Shown here piece by piece: positions 12,843 through 21,951 of a DNA stretch of 64,000 nucleotides (position 1 is its first letter; every line of letters begins with the position of its first letter). The notes beneath the pieces were generated by a model. That model was given only the letters and a program-made list of their open reading frames with translations, was not told the DNA's origin and made no database searches. The position numbers and the translations under genes were made by a program. Origin of the DNA: Nitrosomonadales bacterium (lineage in GTDB: Bacteria > Pseudomonadota > Gammaproteobacteria > Burkholderiales > SG8-39); NCBI GenBank assembly GCA_036676355.1, contig JAKFDA010000071.1, positions 29,924 to 93,923 of the forward strand, read 5' to 3'.

Positions 12843-12872
12843 GAAGCGTGTTTGCCGAAAGGCCGCGCCACG

Positions 12873-13163
12873 CTAGGCGTGCGCGTCGGCGAACAGATCG
12901 GAGACGTTGTACAGCCGTGCGAGGTTGATGAACTTGGGAGAAAGATTACTGAAGGTCAGTGTGCGGTTCAGCGCCCGCGCTTCGCGTGCGCATTGCAGCG
13001 CGAGCGCGACGGCGGCGGAATCCACGTCGGTCACCCCTGTGAAATCCACCGATTCGGCGCCGTTGCGTACATGGGCAAGGCTGACACCCACCAGCGCGGC
13101 CACGGTCGCGCTGTTGACATCCCCTTCCAGAATGAGGCGATTGCCGTCGAGTAGCGCGGGCAT
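12873..13163 (-). CDS. mlaB: STAS-domain protein, MlaB-like
   Basis: 96-aa STAS-like protein immediately downstream of mlaC. Confidence 0.7.
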   Translation of the reverse strand: MPALLDGNRLILEGDVNSATVAALVGVSLAHVRNGAESVDFTGVTDVDSAAVALALQCAREARALNRTLTFSNLSPKFINLARLYNVSDLFADAHA

Positions 13164-13768
13164 CAGTTGCTGGCGAGTTGCCGGTTCTTGTCCGACAGCG
13201 TCTTGATCAAGCCATCGATGCCGGCATTACGAACTTCGGTGTTGAAAGTATCGCGATAAGTGGTTACCAAGCTTACTCCGCCCACCGACATGTCGTAGAC
13301 CTTCCAGCCACCGTCTCGTTTTTCCATGCTGTAGTCGATATTGACCGCCTGCGCGCCCGGCTGGCGGACCAGCGAACGTACCGTGACCTCGGTGTCCTCC
13401 GGCTGCATGCGCAGCGGCTTGTAGTCGATCACCTGATTACGATACGAAGTGAGCGCGGTCGAGTAGGTGCGCACCAGCAAGGTACGGAACTGATCGACCA
13501 GCGCGGCGCGCTGGTCGGGCGTTGCCTTGCGCCAGCTCGGTCCCATGGCAAGCGCCGTCATGCGTGTGAAATTGAAGTGCGGCAGTACCTTCTCCTGCAC
13601 CAGTGCGGCAGCCTTACGCGGGTCACCGGCCTGGATGTCCTTGTCGTTCTTGATGATCTCGATCACTTCGTTGGTCACCGACTTGACCAGTTCATCAGGC
13701 GCGGACGTCTGCGCATGAGTCGCCGGCAGCAGGCCGAAGGCAAGCAGAAACAGCAGGGCAATACGCAT
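13163..13768 (-). CDS. mlaC: Periplasmic phospholipid-binding protein MlaC (Ttg2D family)
   Basis: 201 aa with a signal peptide (MRIALLFLLAFGLLPATHA), Ttg2D-like sequence and mla operon context. Confidence 0.88.
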   Translation of the reverse strand: MRIALLFLLAFGLLPATHAQTSAPDELVKSVTNEVIEIIKNDKDIQAGDPRKAAALVQEKVLPHFNFTRMTALAMGPSWRKATPDQRAALVDQFRTLLVRTYSTALTSYRNQVIDYKPLRMQPEDTEVTVRSLVRQPGAQAVNIDYSMEKRDGGWKVYDMSVGGVSLVTTYRDTFNTEVRNAGIDGLIKTLSDKNRQLASN

Positions 13769-13789
13769 ATATGCTTTCCGGTGAAGAGG

Positions 13790-14647
13790 TTAGCGCGTCC
13801 GTGCCGGCGCGCCACGCTGGTCGGTCTCGGGCGGTACGACTGGCGCCTTGCCACTTGGTTCAGCACCATGCGCCTCAGGCGCCGCCGCCGGCGCCTCCTG
13901 ATAATAATCCTCGTCGTCGCGCAGTGAGGGCGCATTGCCGTCGTACACCTGACTGCGGCGCCGCTGCAGATAGGCGTCACGCACGAAAGCGTAGCGATCG
14001 AGCGCGGCCTCTTCCAGAACGTTGCTCGCATCCAGCAACCCGGCGCGAGTCTGGATCGTGTCAACCGCCGTCAGGCTGTTGCGGATCGCCACTTCATCAC
14101 CCGCATCCGCCCATCCCGGCCCTTCCCAGGGGACATAAGCGGCGCTGTCCGCGACACGCCCCGCACCGTCCCGCACGTTGCTCGGCCCGAGAATCGGCAG
14201 CACCAGATAAGGACCCGTATCGAGCCCCCAGACGCCCAGTGTCTGGCCGAAATCCTCGTCGTGCTTTTCCATGCCGCCTTCGCTGGCAACATCGAAAATA
14301 CCGGCCAGACCGAAGGTTGTATTGGTCACGAAGCGCATGAAATCGGTCGCGCCCTCTTCAATCTTGCCTTGCAGGATCTGATTCAGGGCAATCCACGGAT
14401 CGCGCAGATTGGCGAAGAAGTTGGTCACGCCGGTGCGGACCGGGCCGGGCAATATCGCCCTATAACCTTGTGCGACCGGCTTCAGCACCGCTTTATCGAC
14501 GGTGTCGTTGAACTGGAAGACCGCTCGATTGACCGGCTCGATCGGATCGCGCGGGTCTGCGCCGGTCGTCGCACAGCCGCTCAAAGCGACAAGCGCAATC
14601 AGGCTTGCCGCGGCACAGAATCGTAACTGCAGAAAGTTGTTCTTCAT
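13790..14647 (-). CDS. mlaA: Outer-membrane lipoprotein MlaA/VacJ
   Basis: Lipobox LSGC and the VacJ pattern DPIEPVNRAVFQFND. Confidence 0.9.
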   Translation of the reverse strand: MKNNFLQLRFCAAASLIALVALSGCATTGADPRDPIEPVNRAVFQFNDTVDKAVLKPVAQGYRAILPGPVRTGVTNFFANLRDPWIALNQILQGKIEEGATDFMRFVTNTTFGLAGIFDVASEGGMEKHDEDFGQTLGVWGLDTGPYLVLPILGPSNVRDGAGRVADSAAYVPWEGPGWADAGDEVAIRNSLTAVDTIQTRAGLLDASNVLEEAALDRYAFVRDAYLQRRRSQVYDGNAPSLRDDEDYYQEAPAAAPEAHGAEPSGKAPVVPPETDQRGAPARTR

Positions 14648-14700
14648 TTCATTCTCTTCGCAAGCCTTATGACCGATCGCCGTTGCAATCGGCCATGCGC

Positions 14701-15189
14701 TCAGCGTGTTTGGGGCGATGGCTCATCGTCGCCGGCGGCTTTACTGTACAGGAACTGTCCGATCAGATTCTCCAGCACGATCGCCGACTGGGTGATCTTG
14801 ATCGTGTCGCCGTCCTTCAGATTCGCGAGATCGCCACCGGCCATGAGGCCGATGTATTGCTCGCCCAGCAAGCCGGACGTCAGGACCTTCGCGGACGTGT
14901 CCTTGGGAAAGGCAAAATGCTTGTCGAGACTGAGCGTGACGACCGCCTCGAAGCTTTCGTTATCGAATTGGATGCGATCCACCCGGCCCACCACGACGCC
15001 CGCGCTGCGCACCGGCGCGCGGGCCTTCAAGCCGCCGATATTCTCGAAACGCGCCTGCACGTGATAGCCCGCGCCGTTGGTAAAGGTGTTGCTGCTGCTC
15101 GCGACTTTCAGGGCAAGAAAGAACAACGCCGCCAGACTTGCCAGCACGAACATTCCCACCCAGACGTCAATCGCCTTACGGCTCATCAT
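14701..15189 (-). CDS. mlaD: MCE-domain protein MlaD
   Basis: ORF 14701..15228 trimmed to ATGATG at 15189, just after the mlaE stop. The product has an N-terminal anchor and an MCE domain. Confidence 0.88.
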   Translation of the reverse strand: MMSRKAIDVWVGMFVLASLAALFFLALKVASSSNTFTNGAGYHVQARFENIGGLKARAPVRSAGVVVGRVDRIQFDNESFEAVVTLSLDKHFAFPKDTSAKVLTSGLLGEQYIGLMAGGDLANLKDGDTIKITQSAIVLENLIGQFLYSKAAGDDEPSPQTR

Positions 15190-15193
15190 CGCT

Positions 15194-15985
15194 TCAATTC
15201 CCCCGAAACATAAAGGCGGTAAGGGCAAAGTCCAGCATCAGAATCGCCAGCGCCGAAATAACCACCGTGCGCGTCGTGGCGCGCGAGACGCCCTCCGCCG
15301 TCGGCATTGCATCGTAACCTTCGAAAACGGCAATCCAGGACACTGCGATGCCGAACACGAAGGACTTCAAAATACCGTTGACCACATCGCTTTGCCAATC
15401 GACTGCGGCGCGCATCTGCGACCAGAACGAACCGAAATCCACGCCGATGAGGACGACGGCAATCAGATAACCGCCGAAAATGCCGATGGCCGAAAAGATC
15501 GCCGCGAGCAAAGGCATGGAGACCACGCCGCCCCAGAATCGCGGGCCGACGACACGCGCGATCGGATCGACCGCCATCATTTCCATCGCGGCAAGCTGCT
15601 CGGTCGCTTTCATCAGGCCGATTTCGGCCGTGATCGCCGATCCCGCCCGGCTGGCAAACAACAGTGCCGCGATCACCGGCCCGAGTTCGCGCACCAGCGA
15701 GAGCGCCACCAGCGTACCGACCGCCTCCGAAGCGCCATAGCGCACCAGCGTATCGTAGCCCTGCAGCGCCAGCACCATTCCGACGAATAGCGCCGAAACG
15801 GACACGATAATCAACGACAGGACGCCGGCGAAATAAATCTCGCGAATGGTGAGGTGCAGGCGCAGCAGGCTCGTGCCGGAGACCTTGAGCATCACCCACA
15901 GGAAACGGGCGGCGAACCCCAGCCGCGAAACCCGCTGGTTGACGTACGCGCCAAGGCGTTCAGCGAAATCCAGCAGCGTACCCAT
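15194..15985 (-). CDS. mlaE: Mla ABC transporter permease MlaE
   Basis: 263-aa polytopic MlaE/Ttg2B-like protein. Confidence 0.92.
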   Translation of the reverse strand: MGTLLDFAERLGAYVNQRVSRLGFAARFLWVMLKVSGTSLLRLHLTIREIYFAGVLSLIIVSVSALFVGMVLALQGYDTLVRYGASEAVGTLVALSLVRELGPVIAALLFASRAGSAITAEIGLMKATEQLAAMEMMAVDPIARVVGPRFWGGVVSMPLLAAIFSAIGIFGGYLIAVVLIGVDFGSFWSQMRAAVDWQSDVVNGILKSFVFGIAVSWIAVFEGYDAMPTAEGVSRATTRTVVISALAILMLDFALTAFMFRGN

Positions 15986-15987
15986 CG

Positions 15988-16842
15988 TTATCCGAGCAGT
16001 TCCTGTTGATACGCGCGTTGCGCGGGGTAATGAAAAGGCACGGGACCGTCGGTCTCAGCCTGAACGAACTGCTTCACAAAGGGGATGTCGGAGCGGCGCA
16101 CTTCATCCGGCGTGCCGTCCGCGACGATTTTTCCTTCGGAGACGAAATAAACACGATCGACAATCTGCAGCGATTCCTGCACGTCGTGCGTCACGATGAC
16201 CGATGTGGCGCCAAGCGCGTCGTTGAGATCGCGAATCAGCTTGCCGGTAATGGCAAGGGAAATCGGGTCGAGGCCTGCGAACGGTTCGTCATACAGAACC
16301 AATTGCGGATCCAGCGCGATCGCCCGTGCCAGAGCAACGCGACGCGCCATCCCGCCCGAAAGCTGCTGCGGACGCATCTGCGCGGCGCCGCGCAACCCCA
16401 CCGTTTCGAGCTTCATCAGCACGAGATCGCGCACAATCGCTTCCGGCAGATCCGTACGTTCGCGTATCGGAAAGGCAACGTTTTCGAAAACGCTCAGATC
16501 GGTGAACAGCGCGCCGAACTGAAAGAGCATGCCCATGTCGCGCCGCAGATCGTAGAGTTCGCGCGTCCGCATGCGATTGAGCGACTGCCCGAATGCGCGA
16601 ACCGTCCCGCGCGTCGGTCGCAACGAACCGCCCATCAGGCGCAATACCGTCGTCTTTCCGGAGCCGCTCGCGCCCATGATGGCGACGACCTGCCCTCTCG
16701 GAATGGAAATGGACATACCGTCGAGAATGGCGCGCGGGCCATACGCGAAGGAAACATCTTCAAACTCGACTAAAGGCGGCAAGTCCACTCGGGGGCTCTG
16801 TGAAAACGCCGCATTGTAATGGATGCGCGCGTCTCTCTCCAC
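15988..16842 (-). CDS. mlaF: Mla ABC transporter ATPase MlaF
   Basis: Walker [10 protein letters not shown] and signature LSGGMARR. The start is GTG 16842; an alternative GTG at 16788 is possible. Confidence 0.9.
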   Translation of the reverse strand: MERDARIHYNAAFSQSPRVDLPPLVEFEDVSFAYGPRAILDGMSISIPRGQVVAIMGASGSGKTTVLRLMGGSLRPTRGTVRAFGQSLNRMRTRELYDLRRDMGMLFQFGALFTDLSVFENVAFPIRERTDLPEAIVRDLVLMKLETVGLRGAAQMRPQQLSGGMARRVALARAIALDPQLVLYDEPFAGLDPISLAITGKLIRDLNDALGATSVIVTHDVQESLQIVDRVYFVSEGKIVADGTPDEVRRSDIPFVKQFVQAETDGPVPFHYPAQRAYQQELLG

Positions 16843-17083
16843 TCGGCCGCTCGACTAAACCCCCGCCGCGCTTACGGAAATCGCTCGCCGCTCGGGCACT
16901 TTGGCCCTTCGGGCAAAAAGGTCATCACCAATCCGCTGAAACAGGGAGCGTCATCACCGCCGGTTGATGGTCTTGCGCCCGGGTGTGCTGTATTTCGCAG
17001 GCCGACTCGGCGCCCTATGCGACCATTGCCGCGTTCTTGTCTGGGGGGACTCCCCGCTGTATTGCAGCGAGGGGCTCACACAA

Positions 17084-18520
17084 ATGCCTAACAACACTAC
17101 AAAACCGGCACTTCTGATTGTTGATGACGATCCGCTCATCGCCGATACCCTCGCCTTCGCGCTGGGCAATGACTTTGCCGTCACACTGAGCGATTCACGC
17201 GCGCACGCCATCAGTTTGTTGCGTCAGATGGACGAGCCGCCGCACCTGGCGCTGGTGGATCTCGGCCTGCCTCCGACTCCGCATCGGCCCGATGAAGGCT
17301 TTCAGCTCATCGCGGACCTGCTTGCCCATTCGCCGAGCATCAAGATCCTCGTGCTTTCCGGCCAAAATGACGCCGCCAATGCGCGCCACGCGCGCACCCT
17401 CGGCGCCGCCGAGTTCGTGGCGAAGCCATGCGACCCGGACCACCTCAAGAAAATCCTGCTGCATGCGCTCGAATTCCGCAGCGCCGAAGTGTCGAGCAGT
17501 GCCGCGGTCGAAGCCGGCATGCTTATCGGCCGCAGCGCGGCGATGCAGAAGTTGCGCAGCCAGATCGGCCAGTACGCGGACTCGCCCTTCCCCGCGCTGA
17601 TCGAAGGCGAATCCGGCAGCGGCAAGGAAATCGTGTCCAATGCACTGCATCGCCTGTCGAGCCGCAAGGACAAACCCTGCCTGGCGTTGAACTGCGCGGC
17701 GATTGCGCCAACGCTGGTCGAGCCGACGCTGTTCGGCTACGTGAAGGGCGCTTTCACAGGCGCGCAGACCACCAAATCGGGCTACTTCGAAGACGCGGCC
17801 GACGGCACGCTGTTCCTCGACGAAATCGGTGAATTGCCGATGGAGTTGCAGGCCAAGCTGCTGCGGGTGCTGGAAAACGGCGAATATCAGCGCGTCGGCG
17901 AGACGCAACGTCGCTACAGCCGCGCCCGCGTCATCGCCGCGACCAACCGCGACCTGCGGCAGGAAATCAAAAAAGGGAATTTCCGCGCCGACCTGTATCA
18001 CCGCCTGTCGGTTTTCACTATCGGCGTGCCACCGCTGCGTGAAATGGATGAAGACAAACTGATGTTGCTCGAGCACTTCAGCGCCTTCTACGCCGAGCGC
18101 GCGAACCTGCCGCCGTTCATGCTCGACGAAAGCGCATTGAAACTGTGGCGGCACTATCACTTTCCCGGCAACGTGCGCGAACTGCGCAACATCGTCATTC
18201 GCCTGACGACGAAGTACGCGGGCCAGCGCTTGTCCTCGGTCGAACTGGAAGTCGAGCTCGACGTCGAGCATCAGGAGGGGTCGGGCGCACCCGAACTGGC
18301 GCTGCCGAATGATCCGGAAATCATCGTCGAACAGGCGCAGCGCCATTTGCAGCGCGAGCGCGCGTTCAATCTCGACGACATGCTGAAATCCTGGGAGCAG
18401 GGCTATATCGAAGCCGCGATGAAACTCACCCGCGGCAATGTCAGCCAGGCGGCCAAGTTGCTCGGCATCAACCGAACCACGCTCTACAGTCGAATGGAGT
18501 CGCTGCAAAAGCAGGCTTGA
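17084..18520 (+). CDS. Sigma-54-dependent response regulator (receiver + AAA+ EBP + Fis-type HTH), PrsR/AtoC-like
   Basis: ORF 16964..18520 trimmed to ATG 17084. The receiver carries LVDLGLPPTPHRPDEG. The AAA+ domain has Walker A GESGSGKE and the GAFTGA loop. The C-terminus has the HTH QAAKLLGINRTTLYSRM. Confidence 0.9.
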   Translation: MPNNTTKPALLIVDDDPLIADTLAFALGNDFAVTLSDSRAHAISLLRQMDEPPHLALVDLGLPPTPHRPDEGFQLIADLLAHSPSIKILVLSGQNDAANARHARTLGAAEFVAKPCDPDHLKKILLHALEFRSAEVSSSAAVEAGMLIGRSAAMQKLRSQIGQYADSPFPALIEGESGSGKEIVSNALHRLSSRKDKPCLALNCAAIAPTLVEPTLFGYVKGAFTGAQTTKSGYFEDAADGTLFLDEIGELPMELQAKLLRVLENGEYQRVGETQRRYSRARVIAATNRDLRQEIKKGNFRADLYHRLSVFTIGVPPLREMDEDKLMLLEHFSAFYAERANLPPFMLDESALKLWRHYHFPGNVRELRNIVIRLTTKYAGQRLSSVELEVELDVEHQEGSGAPELALPNDPEIIVEQAQRHLQRERAFNLDDMLKSWEQGYIEAAMKLTRGNVSQAAKLLGINRTTLYSRMESLQKQA

Positions 18521-18656
18521 GTTTTTCGCATAGAGGTACCGCTTTCTGAGCTTTTAAGGCAAAAGTAAGATCGCGGCCCTGCCCGACATTCGATCGAGCG
18601 GTCTGTCGAATCTGCTAGGCTGGCGCGACTTTTATTGAGCGGTCTTAAGTGGTCTT

Positions 18657-20036
18657 ATGTACCTGGCGCATTTCGGACTCGACGAACCACCCTTCCGCAT
18701 CACTCCGCACACCGAGTTCTTTTTTGAAGGTGCCAGGCGCGGAGCAACGCTCGAAGGGCTGATCTACGCCATCACCCACGACGAAGGCATCGTCAAGGTG
18801 ACGGGCGAAGTGGGCAGCGGCAAGACCATGTTGTGCCGCGTCCTGCTCGAACGAATGCCTGAATCGGTCGAGGTGCTCTACCTCGCCAACCCCTCCGTCT
18901 CGCGCGATGAGATCCTCGATGTGCTGGCCGCCGATCTCAAGGCCGAATCGGAGAGCAGCCACACCACCATCCGGATGCGCGCGCTGCAGGAGCGCCTTAT
19001 CGGGTTGTACGCTCAGGGTCGTCGGGTCGTCGTGCTGATCGACGAAGCGCACGCCATGCCGCTCGAAACCCTCGAAGAAATCCGGCTGCTGTCCAACCTC
19101 GAATCCAACCGCCACAAGCTGCTGCAGATCGTGCTGTTCGGCCAGCCGGAGCTGGATGAGCAGCTCGCACTGCCGCACATGCGGCAGCTGCGCGAACGCA
19201 TCACGCACAGTTTCCGCCTCGAACCGCTGGTCCGTCAGGACATCGAGAAATACATCGACTTTCGCATGCGCGCCGCAGGTTTTCGCGGACCGAATGTTTT
19301 CTCGGCGCCGGCACTGCGCGCCATCGTGGAGGCGTCAGAAGGACTGACGCGCCGCATCAACATCCTCGCCGACAAGGCGCTGCTCGCCGCTTTCGCCGAC
19401 GGCACGCACGAAGTGACAGCCAAGCACGCGCGCGCGGCGATTCTGGATTCGGACTACCGGAAACCACGGCCACGCCCCGGTCCATGGGCCATTGCGATCG
19501 CCGCGCTGGTCGTCGGCATCGCCATCGGTTTCGGCATGCGGTTCTTCGATACGCCCATTGCGGCTTCCGCCGCGACCGACATCGCCCCGATCGAGCCCGC
19601 TGTGGCGCCGGCGGGAACTGCATCCGGCGTATCGTCCGAAACGCCGCTTGCGCAACAGCCGGCCGACGTCGGCGCGCAAGTCGGAGCGGCGAACGATCAA
19701 CCGCAACTCGGGCCGCTTTCCCGCGAACGGTATGAGGCGACGCAAGCCTGGCTCGATACCGCGCCGGACGGACACTTCACCATCCACCTGATGACGGCGA
19801 CGAGCGCTCTACGCCTTGAGCACTTTCTGGCTGAAAGCGGCAAAGTTTTGGACCCGCAGCACTTCCACGTCTATGGCGTGAAACATGATGGTAAACAGCA
19901 CTACGCCGTCGCCTATGGGTTGTACCCGTCGGTCGAGACGACCATCGCCGCAATGGGCGACCTACCGGCTGCACTGAGAGCGAAAGGCCCATACCAACGC
20001 AGCATCGTTGTGATGCGTCGGCAAAACGCGCAATAA
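18657..20036 (+). CDS. ExeA/GspA/MshM-like AAA ATPase with TM anchor and C-terminal SPOR domain
   Basis: Walker A GEVGSGKTM and Walker B VVLIDEAH. One TM helix (WAIAIAALVVGIAIGFGM) is followed by a Pro/Ala linker. The C-terminal ~80 aa (HFTIHLM...HYAVAYGLYPSVETTIAAMGDLPAALRAKGPYQRSI) resembles the DamX-type SPOR fold. Confidence 0.85.
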   Translation: MYLAHFGLDEPPFRITPHTEFFFEGARRGATLEGLIYAITHDEGIVKVTGEVGSGKTMLCRVLLERMPESVEVLYLANPSVSRDEILDVLAADLKAESESSHTTIRMRALQERLIGLYAQGRRVVVLIDEAHAMPLETLEEIRLLSNLESNRHKLLQIVLFGQPELDEQLALPHMRQLRERITHSFRLEPLVRQDIEKYIDFRMRAAGFRGPNVFSAPALRAIVEASEGLTRRINILADKALLAAFADGTHEVTAKHARAAILDSDYRKPRPRPGPWAIAIAALVVGIAIGFGMRFFDTPIAASAATDIAPIEPAVAPAGTASGVSSETPLAQQPADVGAQVGAANDQPQLGPLSRERYEATQAWLDTAPDGHFTIHLMTATSALRLEHFLAESGKVLDPQHFHVYGVKHDGKQHYAVAYGLYPSVETTIAAMGDLPAALRAKGPYQRSIVVMRRQNAQ

Positions 20037-20166
20037 GTCGCAACTTCGACAGGCAACTGTTCGCATCCACATTCAGACGGCAAAACAATTTCTTAGCGTC
20101 GATGGTTATACTCGCCGCTAAACAACAACAAGCGGGCGCAATGCCCGCCTGATGTATGGGGATTCG

Positions 20167-21951
20167 ATGCTAAGACCTCTGATTGTTTGTGGGCTGGTCG
20201 TGGCGCTCGGGGGATGCTTTCAACCAATGAAAGCCTCGGACGGCCATCTCGAGCAATCTTCCGCGCCGCCCCCGGCGGCGAGCATTCCCATGCCCGTACA
20301 AACGCTACCGGCGTTGCCTCTGCCCAAACCCGCAGCGAAACTCGAAACCTTCAGCGTCACGGTGCACAACGTGCCGGCGCAGGAACTGCTCTTCGCGCTC
20401 GCGCGCGACGCCAATCTGAACGTCGACATCCATCCCGGCATTACCGGCACGGTGTCGTTGAACGCACTCGATCAAACACTGCCGCAGTTACTCGATCGCA
20501 TTTCAAAGCAGGTCGACATGCGTTACGAACTGGATGGGCCGAATCTGATGGTGATGCCCGATTCGCCCTTTCTGCGCATCTACAAAATCGATTACGTGAA
20601 CATGAGCCGGGAAGCGGAAGGCAAGATAAGCGCATCCGGTCAGATTACCAGCACCGGCACGAGCGGCGGCCAGACGGGCAGCGCGGCGAGCGGTTCCAGC
20701 ACGGCGAATTCGTCCACCATGACGATCACCAATCGATCCACCAATCAGTTCTGGTCGCGACTGGAACAGAATGTGCGCGACATCCTGCGAGAGACGGACA
20801 AGATTCTCCCCGCTCCCGCCACCGCGAGCGCAACCCCTTCGTCGGGCCCCGCCTCTGCGGTTTCAAATCTGGTAAACCAAGTAACGGGTACCGCAACAGC
20901 ACCCGCTCAACCCAGCGTCACTTTTCGCGAAGCAGCCTCTGTCATCGCGAACCCTGAAGCAGGCGTACTCTCGATTCGAGCAACAGCGCGACAGCACGAG
21001 AAACTCCAGGAATTTCTGGATCAGGTGCTGGTCAGCGCCAAGCGACAGGTATTGATCGAAGCGACGATTGTCGAGGTCCAACTCAGCAACGATTATCAGC
21101 AAGGTATCGACTGGGCGGCGCTGAGTGGCAGCGCCGGCTTCCAGTTACTGCAAGGCGGTCTTTATCGCGATCCCGCCACAACGCCCGGATTGCAACCACC
21201 GATACCGCTCACCGGCCTGCTGCCCGCCGATCCAACCCATAACCTGCAAGCCGCGCAGTACAACTCGAGCAACTTCAGAGCCACCCTGCGCCTTCTGGAA
21301 AGCTTCGGCAACGTGCGGGTGCTGTCGAGCCCGCGCATCAGCGTCATCAACAACCAGACCGCGGTCCTCAAGGTCGTCGACAACCTGGTCTACTTCAACG
21401 TCACTGCCGAAACCAATCAGAACGAGAGCACTTCGCTGACCACCTTCACCACGACGCCGCAAACCGTTTCGGTCGGTTTCATCATGAACGTAACGCCACA
21501 GATCGGCGAAGACGACTCCGTACTGCTGAATGTCAAGCCGACCATCCGCCGACTGATACGGATGGTCCCCGATCCGAATCCAACTCTGGCGCGCGAACAA
21601 ATCAATAACTTCGTGCCCGAAATACGAGAGCGGGAACTGGAATCCATGCTCAAGGTTGTCAACGGGCAGACTGCGGTCATGGGCGGTTTGATTCAGGACG
21701 AACTGGCAAACAACACCGATACGCTGCCGGGCGTGGGCGACATCCCGATTCTCGGCAATCTCTTCACCAACAAAAACAATGCAAACACCAAAACCGAGTT
21801 GGTGATTTTCCTCCGCCCAGTCGTGATTCGCGATCCAAGCATTAATGGTGATTACAACGAATACCGAGCCATGCTGCCCGGCGACGACTTCATGCGCCAA
21901 CCGCATCCGGCGCGCGCGCGCACCGCTCTCGGAAGCGAAGCGGCGCGATGA
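20167..21951 (+). CDS. Secretin, lipoprotein type (MshL/PilQ/GspD family)
   Basis: ORF 20152..21951; the second ATG at 20167 has a GGGGA RBS and gives MLRPLIVCGLVVALGGC with a lipobox. Ser/Thr-rich linkers follow. The C-terminal secretin domain reads VLSSPRISVINNQTAVLKV...LPGVGDIPILGNLF...TELVIFLRP. Confidence 0.9.
   Translation: MLRPLIVCGLVVALGGCFQPMKASDGHLEQSSAPPPAASIPMPVQTLPALPLPKPAAKLETFSVTVHNVPAQELLFALARDANLNVDIHPGITGTVSLNALDQTLPQLLDRISKQVDMRYELDGPNLMVMPDSPFLRIYKIDYVNMSREAEGKISASGQITSTGTSGGQTGSAASGSSTANSSTMTITNRSTNQFWSRLEQNVRDILRETDKILPAPATASATPSSGPASAVSNLVNQVTGTATAPAQPSVTFREAASVIANPEAGVLSIRATARQHEKLQEFLDQVLVSAKRQVLIEATIVEVQLSNDYQQGIDWAALSGSAGFQLLQGGLYRDPATTPGLQPPIPLTGLLPADPTHNLQAAQYNSSNFRATLRLLESFGNVRVLSSPRISVINNQTAVLKVVDNLVYFNVTAETNQNESTSLTTFTTTPQTVSVGFIMNVTPQIGEDDSVLLNVKPTIRRLIRMVPDPNPTLAREQINNFVPEIRERELESMLKVVNGQTAVMGGLIQDELANNTDTLPGVGDIPILGNLFTNKNNANTKTELVIFLRPVVIRDPSINGDYNEYRAMLPGDDFMRQPHPARARTALGSEAAR

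Noticed and set aside
18621-18636. Sigma-54-like string TGGCGC-GACTT-TTATT upstream of the ExeA-like gene.
   Set aside because: The invariant GC of the -12 element is missing (TTAT instead of TTGC). The operon is more likely read from another promoter or co-transcribed with the EBP gene.
20051-20066. Sigma-54-like string AGGCAA-CTGT-TCGCAT upstream of the secretin gene.
   Set aside because: The spacer is one nucleotide too short (GG-N9-GC), which is normally not tolerated.
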